64,000 nt of DNA from the human T2T-CHM13v2.0 reference genome, Homo sapiens, in the NCBI RefSeq assembly GCF_009914755.1, contig NC_060931.1; one strand, 5' to 3'. Below, in pieces: positions 29,864 to 40,822 of the stretch. A program made the translations under genes and the position numbers. Numbering within the stretch: position 1 is the stretch's first letter; every line of letters begins with the position of its first letter. Below the pieces are notes generated by a model. The model was given only the letters and a program-made list of their open reading frames with translations, did not search any database and was not told the DNA's origin.

Positions 29864-31053
29864 ATGGGAAACAGAAATTTTAGGCCTAAGGAACAAATGA
29901 AAGAGGTAAGTAAAAAGACCCCCTCTGACATTCTCCCAGATAGTCTGTTGGGGAGAATGTTGCAGGTTTGAAGGTATAATCCTCAAACCAGGGACAAGGA
30001 AAATCAAAAGATGATGAAGTATTGCTGTTTTATCTAACTCAGAAAGCCCATTTATCAGCCTTTGGTCTTTTGGCCTAAGTTTGGCTCAGATGAAGATTGG
30101 GTGTGTGAAGCTTTAATTCTCTATGTCAATGATAAAATTCCATTCTCACAAGAGGAGATGGGTTATGCTCTTTGTTGGTTTGTTGGATTAGTGAACTAGC
30201 CCCATATTCCCCCTTAAAGAGGAAGAAAAAGCAGAGTAAGGAGCGCTTGTCCAGTGAAAAGCCCTGGGATCCCCTAACATGGTACCCCCTCACTGCACAT
30301 ACATCTCACAAAGTAGAGGACAGGTAGATCAGGGGGCAACAGGAAGGCCGGAGGAAAAGGAATCTGGGGGTCATGAAGGAGCTAAACCCAGTCTTGCCTT
30401 AAATACTTATCCAAACTTGAGGAAAGAATTAAAACAATGTAAGAAGGACATTGAGAATTTCCCTCTTCCTTCTAAACAGCAGCTGTCTAACATGTACGCT
30501 CTTAGAGAAGTCCCTATGGGGCAGGGAGAAGTTGGATTTGTGAGTGTGCCTTTAACAAGTACGAAGGTTAGGAATTTTAAAAACAAAATGAGGCCACTCT
30601 TGGAAAAACCCCTCAGTTTAGCAGCTAGATCAATTTTGAGGACCCAATTTTTATACTTGGGCTGAGACAGTGTCAATCATGAATGTTCTGTTTACTGGGG
30701 GAGAGAGGGGAATGATTATAATAGGGCAGCCGTGACCATTTGAGGGAGATAGCATCTTCTGGGGCAAAGAGTCCTGCCAGCTGAGCAGAAATTCCCAAAT
30801 GCAAATCCCAGTTGGGATAACAATAACCCCAGAGATCGGATCTAAATGCAAGATCTTAAGGAGCTAATAATAATTAGAGGAATTAAAGAGTCCACTCCTA
30901 GGACATAGCATGTCTCGAAAGCATTCAAGATCCAGCAAGAAAAAGATACTCCCTGTGCATTTCTGCAGAGGCCCAGGGATCAAATGAGAAAATATTCAGG
31001 ATTAGATCCGGAGGACCCAGTTGGGCAAGCCCTTTAAAAGGTTTATTTTGTGA
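29864..31053 (+). pseudogene. gag: Disrupted endogenous retroviral gag (HERV-I/HERV15-like), 3'-truncated
   Basis: ATG GGA (MG myristoylation start, MGNRNFRP); FWPKFGS motif ~30070; YALREVPMGQGEVGFVSVPLTS in ORF 30279-30665; MHR-like AFLQRPRDQMRKYSGLDPEDP near 30960-31020; stops and frameshifts; no pro, pol or env follows. Confidence 0.85.
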
Positions 31054-31371
31054 TGAAAAACTGGTCATAATCGCTGCAGACAATTTTCGTTGGTTATAGA
31101 TGATGATACTTATTATCCATTTCAATCATAGCTTATTCTCTTGCTGCGTTTAACTGCATTACTCCCCATGGTTTTGCTAAGATGATACAAAACTAAGTAA
31201 TTTAATTAATGTCAATTCATGACTAGTTAGTTCAATCTAAACTAATTTGTTTTTTACATTCCTGACTTATGTTTGGCTGCTAAGAAATGATAGCTTAAAT
31301 GCGTCTAAGATAAGAGCAGGGATTTTGTGAATAATGAATATAGAGTTTGCCAGAGTTGAGAGCATATATAT

Positions 31372-31530
31372 TGTGAGAAACAAAATCACCCATCCAAACT
31401 GAAAGAATGGACTTAAAGAACAGTGAAAGTGAGACTTTTAATGACAGTCTTGCAAGATCGGGTGTCTGATAGGCGGGCACACCCAGCACGGTCACAACAA
31501 GCAGTTTATCCTCTAGTGCGCAGGTTTCTC
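31372..31530 (-). mobile_element. Inverted partial copy of the same LTR (R/U5 end)
   Basis: Reverse complement matches 29035-29135 plus 29440-29510 without the Alu; the ORF track shows paralogous peptides TVLGVPAYQTPYLARPSLKVS (+) and TVLGVPAYQTPDLARLSLKVS (-). Confidence 0.92.
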
Positions 31531-31970
31531 TTGCATCATGAATTGCTACAGATTATTGTCTTTCAGTTTCAGTGGGGTGATTAAAGTTAGTTTTCATCTC
31601 TTAAAAATAATTTCATATTAATCACCTTGCACAGTTTCTGGTATGTAGAAAGGGAGAAATAAACATTAATATTTTATTATCATTACTTATATAATATTTA
31701 AACGATTAGCCATATAAAGCTTAGTAAGAGGGCTATGAAAAAAGTATAAAGGACAAATTATTATTATCTGTGCAAACTTCGCATAACTTTTCCATGCTAT
31801 CTCTAACCTTTTTGATGAACACTTTTAGAAATTAATTGATGTAATGTGTTTGCTGCTAAGTAATGAAAGCCTCCTACTGGGTTAGGTTTTTGTTTATTTA
31901 TTTTTTGACTTTTTGGCTGTTATAGGTGTCATTTAGAATTTGGTTAGCATTTACGTAAGAAATTTATATG

Positions 31971-32021
31971 TCACTGCTGGATATATACCCAAAGGAGAGG
32001 AAATCAGTATATCAAAGAGAT
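31971..32021 (+). mobile_element. Isolated ~50-bp internal L1 ORF2 fragment
   Basis: cactgctggatatatacccaaaggagaggaaatcagtatatcaaagagata matches the L1 LLGIYPKE region (compare 48635-48680). Confidence 0.75.
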
Positions 32022-32985
32022 AAGTAAATATTCTTAAGCAAGAATTCCTGAAATGGCTCAGTGAGGAATATCCATTTTCTGGGCATGTTGTGACTCACAG
32101 GCAGCTTGTTAAGTCCTGCCAGCTGAACAGCCAGTCTTCAAATAACCATCTTCTTTCACGGTGTGTCAGACGTTTATCTTCTTCCTACCTGGCTGACCTT
32201 GCCACATGTGTTTCACAATACACCCTTGTTTCTGTTACAGCCAAATATTTATTCACCCACCTTGACTTCCTTTTTGCTTCTTTTACTGGTCAATATCCAG
32301 CTGCCCATTGCTTTCACCTCACTTTAAGTAGTTGCAAGTAGTGTTTATCTGAATTTTTTTTTTTTTTTTCTGATTCAGATTCAACCCAAATCTGTATTTT
32401 GTGACTTTTGGACTTTGAAATTTGATTCCAGCCACCAACTTCCATGCAGTCTTTTCACAGAACTCTCTAAGAGGAATTTCTTCAAAACACATTGCTGATT
32501 TTATTTCATGACTCTTCAAGCTCTTGATTCATTCCCTTTTTTCTATTGTTACTTTTTAGACTTAATGGTTGCATTTATTTTTGTTATTAATATATCCACA
32601 GTCAGAAGGCAGGAAAACTATATCCAATTCCCAGCGAGTGGATGTTCACTGACATCAGACTAAGTCTCCTTTTAATGATTATTTATCCTATCTGAGTTTG
32701 GAGAAGTGAGAATTTAATAAAAGGAGCATGGAAGAGAGAGAGTCTATACAAGACAGTAGCCTCCTACCTGGTGAATAAAGCAATTACCTCAACTACATGT
32801 ATGTTTTTCTTATATGCCACATATCCATGGGTTTATCAATACAGAGATGCTTCAAAGTCAATTTGTAGAAATAATCTGTTAGTCATGTAGATATGATAAA
32901 CTAGCAGATATTTTAGTGTGGCTATTGTCCATATCAAATTTTAGTAGGAGAATATTGAGGAGTTCTGCTTCTGATGAAAAACCTA

Positions 32986-33631
32986 TGTGTGATTTTTAGG
33001 CCTGACCAGATGCAGCTACAAAGACTTTATTTGACAGGCCTCACCAGGGAAACTGCCCTACCCACACCAGACTCGGTGCCCAGTGAAGGGTACTGCATTC
33101 TCTGAAGGGAGTTGCAGTCAAGAATACAGGCTCTCTTTGCTGGTCATAATCTTTCACATATTTGCATTTTTAGTTTGATGCTTCATCTGAGGCCATTAGC
33201 AAAGGTACTCTTCAGGTGTTTCCAGGGGTCTCTTTTTAGAGGAGAAGGGAGAAACCTTAAGGATACTTTCCCAGACTGATTCAGTAATCAGTACTTTTCC
33301 ATTCCTAGCTTCAAACTCACCCCCTTCCCACCTTCCCTCTAGCCCCACTCAAATCCAAAAAACTGACAAATACTTTTGTTTGTAGATCCCTGAAGAGTGA
33401 GACAATCCCTATGTTTGCTTTCATCCTCCTGACTCTCACTCTGTGTGACATTCTATGGGGGAAAATGGAGCAGGGGAAGTGAGCATTTCTTCTGGTTTTA
33501 GACTCTTGCTTACACCATCACAGTAAGGGACTAAAGACTGAACTCTTTATTTATGGCTTGTTTCTTTGATTGGTGACTTCGACACCAGACAGCTCAGTTC
33601 TGTCTCTCCCAGCCCAGCTGAGCTCCTGACA
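32986..33631 (+). mobile_element. Old ERV LTR, family uncertain
   Basis: TG start, end cagctcagttctgtctctcccagcccagctgagctcctgaca; LTR-like composition. Confidence 0.45.
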
Positions 33632-33932
33632 GATACATGTGTAGAAAATAAAAATAACATCTATTTTTCTAAAATTAAATAATTAGTAATTAGTTTTTGT
33701 ATTTCAAAAAATATGTCTAAATAAAGTAGCCTATATTTTGATTGAACCTTTTTAAGTCACTTATATTTTCTAAATTAAATAATTTATAATAATTTTAATT
33801 TTCAGTAACATAAAAATAATTTTGTATAAAAGAGATTCCCTTTGTTAACTAAGCTAAGCTGGTGATTTCAAAATGAAGCTAATTAAATACAATTCACAGT
33901 TGATTTAGGATTCTTAGATTGCTAATGAAAAT

Positions 33933-34320
33933 ACAGCATCTCAAGTCCAAAAATATGAAATCCAAAATGCTCCAAAATCTGAAACTTTTTGAGTGCTGAC
34001 ATGACTCTACAAGTGAAAACTTTCACATCTAACCTCATGTGACAGGCTGCAGTCAAAATGCAGCCAAAACTTTGTTTTATGTGCTAAATTGTCAGAAATA
34101 TTTTATAAAAATTACCCTCAGACTATGTGTATAAGGTAAGTACAAATATAAATAAATTTTGTGTTTAGATTTGGGTCCTGTTCCCAAGATATATCATTCT
34201 GTATATGCAAATACTCCAAACTCAAAAATAAATAAATAAATAAATAAATAGATAGATAGATAGATAAAAACAGAAACACTTCTTGTCCTAAGTGTTTTGG
34301 ATAAGAGACACTCAACCTGT
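33933..34320. mobile_element. Tigger4/MER46-like TcMar DNA transposon with internal (TAAA)n(TAGA)n
   Basis: aaatccaaaatgctccaaaatctgaaactttttgagtgctgacatgac...ggataagagacactcaacctgta; TA termini; microsatellite at 34227-34267. Confidence 0.85.
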
Positions 34321-36145
34321 ATTGCTATCACAAATGAAGGAAAACAAATAAATGTACAAAAAGTTAGCTTCTCTCACAAATTTTATTTTATTTTAATAAA
34401 GCTTCAAAAATTATAAATAATGTCTAAGCAGATTTAGAATCTCAACAATAAATGCTTAGCCTTAGAGTACTGCATTTTTGTATTATAATTTGATGGCCAC
34501 TTCTTGCATGGTTTCTACAAAAATTAAACAAGTTCCTCACCCATTTTTATCAAATATATTTTAAGACACAGTTTGGATGATCAAAAAGGAAGTGGTAAAT
34601 TTAAATATTTAATATATAGACTCTTTAAGACATTGGTATTTATTTAAAACTTTGTTCTCAATTATTTTAATGTGATGTGGTTAGTCACATTTAAACAAAA
34701 AAAAGAGTTTTTTTCTTATTTATCAGCATGAAATATAATAGGAAAATAATATTTATATGTTAGAAATTTACACTTTTGAGCATTATTGCATAGAATTACA
34801 GAATAATGAGCTTGTCTTCTCTTCAGGAAGACAGTAGGGCAGAATCTCCTAACTTTTGGAATAATCTCTGATGGATAGTCGTGGGTTTGTGTCAGTCAGT
34901 TATAAGCCCCAGAAGGGAAATAGCTCATGATACTTTTAACAATTAATCATGTGTCTGTAATGACATTTGCACAATTAATTCTAAACAAAAAGGCAAAATA
35001 AGTGATCTTTGCATTTTCACTTGTTCAAAGTCAACATTTGTATTTTTTTTGAATTAAATACAATTCACAGTTGATTTAGGATTCTTAGATTGCTAATGAA
35101 TTTAATGAAAATGGTGATTTTCAACAGAGAAAATCAATTTTCTTGAATATGACTTTTGCATCTTGTCTTTAATATCACTGTGTTTTTGTAGCCAAGACGA
35201 ATGTGGTGTAGAATAGCAATCAGATTTTTGTCAGTTCTGTAGGCATAAATCCAGGGTTTAAATTTAAAACCTGAATTAAGTATACCAGATATGGATGAAG
35301 ATTTACTATAAAATTCCATTATCCCTGACTCCAGGAGATTGATATATCCTTGGATATTTTTTTAAAATGCCATGCCTTTTCTTGCCATTTTTGCACTGCT
35401 TAATGACACTGCTTAATGCACTGCTTAATATTGTTTTTCTTCCCTTTTCTTTGGAACAAGCTTTCAGTATTTAATACTGGAATGCACAACTTTATGATGC
35501 ATACTATAGCATTCATTTTTCATAATGTGATGAGTGATCAATTTTAAAGCACTTGCAATTCTTCTGTAATGTAATATCTAATGTATAGAAGGTTTAGTAC
35601 TTGGAACTTATTAGAAGCAATGCTTTTCAGAAAATAGAGATATTTATCATCATATTATTCCTAGTCTAGTTTTTCTCTATCTTTGCTCATGTGTAGGTCT
35701 TGACATTTTAATTTAGTCCCACAGGGAAATTATCTTCTGCCATTTCCTCTCTCAAGACTTAGAGTGAGTTCAAAAGAAGCCATGGACACAGAGAAAGCTC
35801 TCCTTTGGGGAATTTGACCATAGAATAATTTGAATGAATGCTACATATTTTTAAAAAATTGTATGCAATACAACAGAATATAAGATTAAGTGTCAATGAA
35901 GAGTAACATAACAAACTCAGCAAGATGACAGGAGAAAGGGAAACATTTGTTCCTTATTTAAATAGTCTCATTATAATTTTCTGTGCTATTCAAGTTTACC
36001 AGGGACTGTTAGAACATGACTTTTGGAGTTAGGCTTTCATGAGTTCCATATCTTGCTGGATTTGCCCTTTACTTAGACTATCACACTATCACTTTGACAA
36101 GTTAGTTCAGCCTTCTTATGTTTTTATTTTTAAAAAAGGAAAGGA

Positions 36146-36446
36146 GGCCAGGCACGGTAGCTCACACCTGTAATCCCAGCACTTTAGGAGGCCAAGTTGG
36201 GTGGATCACGAGGTCAACAGATCAAGACCATCCTGGCCAACGTGGTGAAACCTCATCTCTACTTAAAAAAAAAAAAAAAAAAATACAAAAATTAGCTGGG
36301 CATGGTGGTGCAAGCCTGTAGTCCCAGCTACTCAGGAGGCTGAAGCAGGAGAATTGCTTGAACCCAGGAAGCAGAGGTTGTAGTGAGCTGAGATCTCACC
36401 ACTGCACTCTAGCCTGGTGACAGAGAGAGACTGTCTCAAAAAAAAA
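36146..36446 (+). mobile_element. AluSc-like SINE
   Basis: Dimeric Alu with gatcacgaggtcaacagatcaagacc. Confidence 0.95.
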
Positions 36447-36729
36447 GAAAAGGGAAAGGGAAGGGGAAGAAGGGGAAGGGGAAGGGGAGAGGGGAAAGGA
36501 AAGAGGAGGGGGAAGAGGAAGAAGGGGAAGGGCAGGGGGAAGGGGAAGAAGGGGAAGGGGAAGAAGGAAAAGGGGAGGGGGAGGGGAAGAAGGAGAAGGG
36601 GAGGGGGAGGGGAAGGAGGGGGAGGGGAAAGGAAAGAAGAGGAAGGGGACGGGGAACTGGAAGATAAAGGAAAAAGGAAAGGAAAGGAAAAAGGGAAGGG
36701 AAAGGAAGGGAAGGGAGGAAGGAAAGGGG
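36447..36729. repeat. GA-rich polypurine tract expanded from the Alu tail
   Basis: (GGGGAA/GGAAA)n-like, almost all purine on the + strand. Confidence 0.95.
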
Positions 36730-37753
36730 TAGATTTGTTGGATGTTTTAGACACGAAAATGAGCTGGGACTGGTGTTTTCCCATATTCTCTCACCCTTCA
36801 TCAAAAGCAGGAGAGGTTCAAGGCCTGAGTATTTGCCTCTGGATGGCCATTGCTGGTATATTATTAACTTCTCTTGAGGTCAAGACAATACAAAACTCAG
36901 GTCTTCTCTGCCAGGGATCCTGTCTAGGAAATACTGAGTGTTTGGGGGTAGTTTCAAAGATTTTCTAAATAGATAGTAAGTGCTGAGAGTATTTTACTTA
37001 CAACTTTTGGGTGAAAGTTTTTTTTATTATTGTACTAATAAGTAAATTTCTACTAAATTTGTAACTAATTATTTCATGTATCCAAATAAGCACATTTTAA
37101 AACAAACTACTTAATATTTAAAACTAAAAATATGCCATAAAATTTCAAGTCCTTTTCTCTTCAAGACAATAAAGCTACAATATTCTTTTAAAAATTGCTA
37201 CACGGATTGTGAAAAGAGCCTAACATATTGCTTGTCACATAGCATGCTCAATCAATGTTATTCCCACATTCCTCTTAGCAGGTCCTGTTCTTCATCTATA
37301 GTGAATTGCTTTTGATTTCAAGGTCTTAGAAAAAAGCTTTTTCCTAAGAAAGTAAATTATGTTATTGTCAAACTACTTTTATAAAAATGATATGTTGGAT
37401 TCAGTGGATAACTTTACGGATTGGTTTTCTAAATATGCATGAAAATGCTAGATTTTTATTTTCTGAATCATTGCTGTGTTGATGATTGTTTGCCCACTTT
37501 ATTACTTCACTGAAAAACAAATGGGATCAAAAAAAATGTTGCTACTCTTCTCTTTGGAAGCCTCGAGTCATTCTGGATCATATAGTATATTCTGTATTCT
37601 GATTGATGTTTTAACAATGTAGTGTTGCTATATTAATACTATATTCTTTAAATTGTAATATTTGTTATAATATTTTTGTTTACTTTGAAACTACAGAGTC
37701 TACACTTTTTATCAATATAACATTTTGTGAATTATAACAAAAATATATAAATA

Positions 37754-38269
37754 TTGTTTACTAAAGAAAACATAGTCAAGCTTTGGAAGGATTAAAGTTA
37801 GTGTTATTCAGAAGTCTTACTGAAGACTATAGACTGAAGCCTGTAGCTGTAGGGCAGTTCTGCCAGACTGCTCCTGCTTAGTGTTTCAGCCACTGCTTAT
37901 ATACAAGTGGTGGGGGTTCAGTATGTGCAAAATCACATCAGACTTGCTCAGGAGTTACATTAAAGCAGAATCACATCAAGCTTTGGGTGTAAGGGTACAT
38001 TTGGTTATAGATTACAGAAGCATAATCACTACCCCTGTCAGAAGTTATCTTATATGCAGGGAAAGGCAAGGACTAGGGTCCTTTATCTTTTAAGAAAAAT
38101 ATAGTAGCTCAGACAAGAGACACTGAGGGCTCTGCACGCTATCCTGTTTTATTTCCAAAGCCTCCCTTGAGAGAGCTGCAGATGGTAACAAAGTCAGGGG
38201 TTTGTGAAATTTTGCTAGCAAGCAGAAATGAGCAAACGTGGTTTGTAACATTTGCTACTTTGTCTCACA
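37754..38269. mobile_element. ERV1-type solo LTR, family uncertain
   Basis: tgtttactaaag...tttgtctcaca TG/CA ends, ~515 bp, LTR-like motifs. Confidence 0.5.
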
Positions 38270-38408
38270 ATATATTCATGAACTTCACTTGTGATTAAGA
38301 ATAAAACTGCATTTTAATATAAAATTTACATGCATTAAAGTAAAAGATTGCTGGTTGTAGATAACCTAGTTTTACTGGCACTAATGTCAACATTTGCAGT
38401 AATACTAT

Positions 38409-38876
38409 TGTATTAGTCTGTTTTCATGCTGCTGATAAAGACATACCCAAGATTGGGCAATTTACAAAATTGTACCCTAAAACTTAAAGTATAATAATAA
38501 TTTAAAAAAAGAAAATAAACAATAGTGAAATAAGAGCAAAAAATAAAAAAATAAAGAGGTTTAATGGACTCACAGTTCGATGTGGCTGGGAAGGCCTCAC
38601 AATTATGGCAGAAGGTGAAAGGCATGTCTGGGAAGGCCTCACAATTATGGCAGAAGGTGAAAGGCATGTCTCACATGGTGGCAGAGAAGAGAAGAGAGCT
38701 TGTGCAGGGAAACTCCCCCTTGTAAAACCATCAGATCTCGTGAGACTTATCCACTATCATGAGAACAACATGGGAAAGGCCTGCCCCCATGATTCAATTA
38801 CCTCCCACCAGGTCCTTCCCACAACAAGTGGGAATTCAATATGAGATTTGGGTTTGGACATAGCCAAACCGTATCA
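38409..38876 (-). mobile_element. THE1 (MaLR) solo LTR with an internal L1 insertion and a 42-bp tandem duplication
   Basis: tgtattagtctgttttcatgctgctgataaagacataccc...gccaaaccgtatca; perfect 5-bp TSD ACTAT at 38404-38408 and 38877-38881. Confidence 0.95.
38471..38547 (+). mobile_element. Extremely 5'-truncated young L1PA 3' end
   Basis: tgtaccctaaaacttaaagtataataataa is the terminal L1PA 3'UTR, followed by an A-rich tail. Confidence 0.9.
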
Positions 38877-38904
38877 ACTATGAATTAAGTTTTTAAGTTT
38901 TAAG

Positions 38905-39110
38905 TAGCGATGTGCTGCGAATGTCTAAGAACTGGCCTCAGGGAGGGAATCTGGTTTGAAGAATTTGCAGGCCTCCATAGTATAAGTAACTACCTCATCA
39001 CCATATTCAAACTATCGATAGTTTAAAAATCTGCTTGAAAAAAATCCTGAAAATTAAAAAATAAAATGGCTCTTGTGAACCAATGTCTTCGGCCAGTCTT
39101 AGCACTATAT
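38905..39110. mobile_element. MER63-like hAT element
   Basis: agcgatgtgctg...aaaatcctgaaaattaaaa...ggctcttgtgaaccaatg...cagtcttagcac. Confidence 0.5.
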
Positions 39111-39140
39111 TGGGATTAAGTAAATATCAACTGTGACATA

Positions 39141-39362
39141 CAGGCATGACTTTTTTTTTTTTTCATTGTGCCTTGCTTTTGTGCACTTCACAACATTACA
39201 ATTTTTACAAATTGAAGGTTTGTGGAACCTTACATCTAGCAAGCTTATCAGCTCGGTTTTTTTCAACAGCATGTGCTTGCTTCATGACTCTCTGTTACAT
39301 GGTAATTCTCACAATATTTAAATTTGTTAATTATTATCATATCTGTTATGACGATCTGTGAT
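39141..39362 (+). mobile_element. Tigger1 DNA transposon, 5' segment
   Basis: ta|caggcat terminus; tttttacaaattgaaggtttgtggaaccttacatctagcaag; ends gttatgacgatctgtgat. Confidence 0.9.
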
Positions 39363-39372
39363 TATTCATCTT

Positions 39373-40822
39373 CCTTTTTCTGCATCAAAAATTTTAATAA
39401 AGAATAATATGCTTCTGAGGGAAAACAGCTAAGCTCATTGGTCTGTAGTCCTTTGAATAAAGCAATATGATACTTGTGGTAGTATCCAGACTGTGGAGCC
39501 CACCCTGTCTTCCATACGGTTCGGAGGCCTTCCACTTGGAGACAAAAATAAGTCTTGCTCTTATTTTAGGAGGGATATATCCACTGAGATGAGAGGTCAA
39601 GCTAGGTTTTTAATGAAATTTATTTTTTGCTTTTATTATTTTTTAATTGACACATACTACATTCATTCTGCATGAATACATTCTGCATATGTATGGGGTA
39701 AAGTGTGATATTTTGATACGTGTATACAATTTGTATAATCAGGGTAATTAGCATATCTATCACCTCTGACATTTATTATTTTTGTGTGAAGAACATTCAG
39801 AATCCATTCTTCTAGCTATTACTCTGAGCTTCATTTTCTTCTTGTCAGAATATGTACAACAGCATGCCTAGAAAGACTTTGTTTCATTGCAAATGTTTTG
39901 CCACAGCCAACATGTTCACATGCAAAATGGCACCTTTTTTCTCATGGAAAGGATATGGATTTGTAGAGTAAACACAGTTGTGTAGGTTCTTCCAGAGACT
40001 TCTCTTGTATGTCAAAAATATCCCTTTCTGGGGCATGAGTGTTCATATGTTGCTTAAGATAATGTTTAAATGTTTTCTGGCCTGCTTCATATGTTGTTTC
40101 CTTTTTATAAGTTTCTCTCACATGTTTCAAAACTTCTGTTCATGCTTTCACCACAAAAGAACACGCTTTTTGACATATAGAGCCCGCATGGGCCTTGCCG
40201 CTTGCTGGATGGATGGGGAAAAATGCTTCCCACATCTTTCCTGGGTACAGTTGAATAGTGGTTCATTGGTATGCTGGCAGTGATGGTTTTTCAGCTGCTG
40301 ATGTTCGTAAAGGTCTTCTTCCAACCTCCAAAATTGCATATGTATATTTTTTTTTTTGCTGGTTTTCATGTTTGCCTGTAAAATGTCTCTTCAAGTTTGA
40401 TTTTGTGTTGAATTTTTAGATCACAGCTACTAGCTGCACAAACATATGGCTTGTCTGCAGTATGATCAGGACATGACAACTCAGATGTTAGTCTCTTGAG
40501 GTGGGTCTTGCCACACCCTTCACAGTCATAAACAAATGGTTTCTTCCCCATGTGATTACAGGTGCACATTAAGCTTCCAGGCCTTTTTGTAAGTGGTGCC
40601 ACACTGGGGAAGTAGCAGATGACCCTCCTAAGAAGTGTGTGAAGGGGGAACAAGGGAAGGGAGAAGCAGTCGCGGGGCTAGACTCTCACAGCCTCCTTGA
40701 ATACATCAGTGATGTATCCTGGAGACCAGAGATCAAAGTCAATGGCTTCAGGGTGCTCAGGCCTGTGTTTCTTGGCCCAGGCGTTTCCATACTAAGCCAC
40801 ATACTATAAATTGGCCACTGGC
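39373..40822 (-). pseudogene. GTF3AP: GTF3A (TFIIIA, C2H2 zinc-finger) processed pseudogene, near full-length, degraded and interrupted by L1
   Basis: Minus-strand peptides [60 protein letters not shown]...[36 protein letters not shown] and SHLSGYIPPK are colinear with human TFIIIA; no introns; 3'UTR with ATTAAA (tttaat at ~39392) then T-rich remnant; many frameshifts and stops. Confidence 0.95.
39626..39820 (-). mobile_element. L1MA 3'-end fragment inserted in the GTF3A retrocopy
   Basis: T-rich tail then ttaattgacacata...atggggtaaagtgtgatattttgatac...agggtaattagcatatctatcacctc...ttcttctagctatt; splits the KMKLRV / SLASHL codons. Confidence 0.9.

Noticed and set aside
36332-36968. Longest ORFs (183, 150 and 122 aa; K/G/R- or P/F/S-rich)
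   Set aside because: They are translations of the Alu tail and GA-rich tract, which contain few stop codons by composition.
39394-40653. Possible functional zinc-finger gene
   Set aside because: Frameshifts, stops, lost Cys/His ligands and an L1 insertion show it is a dead retrocopy.
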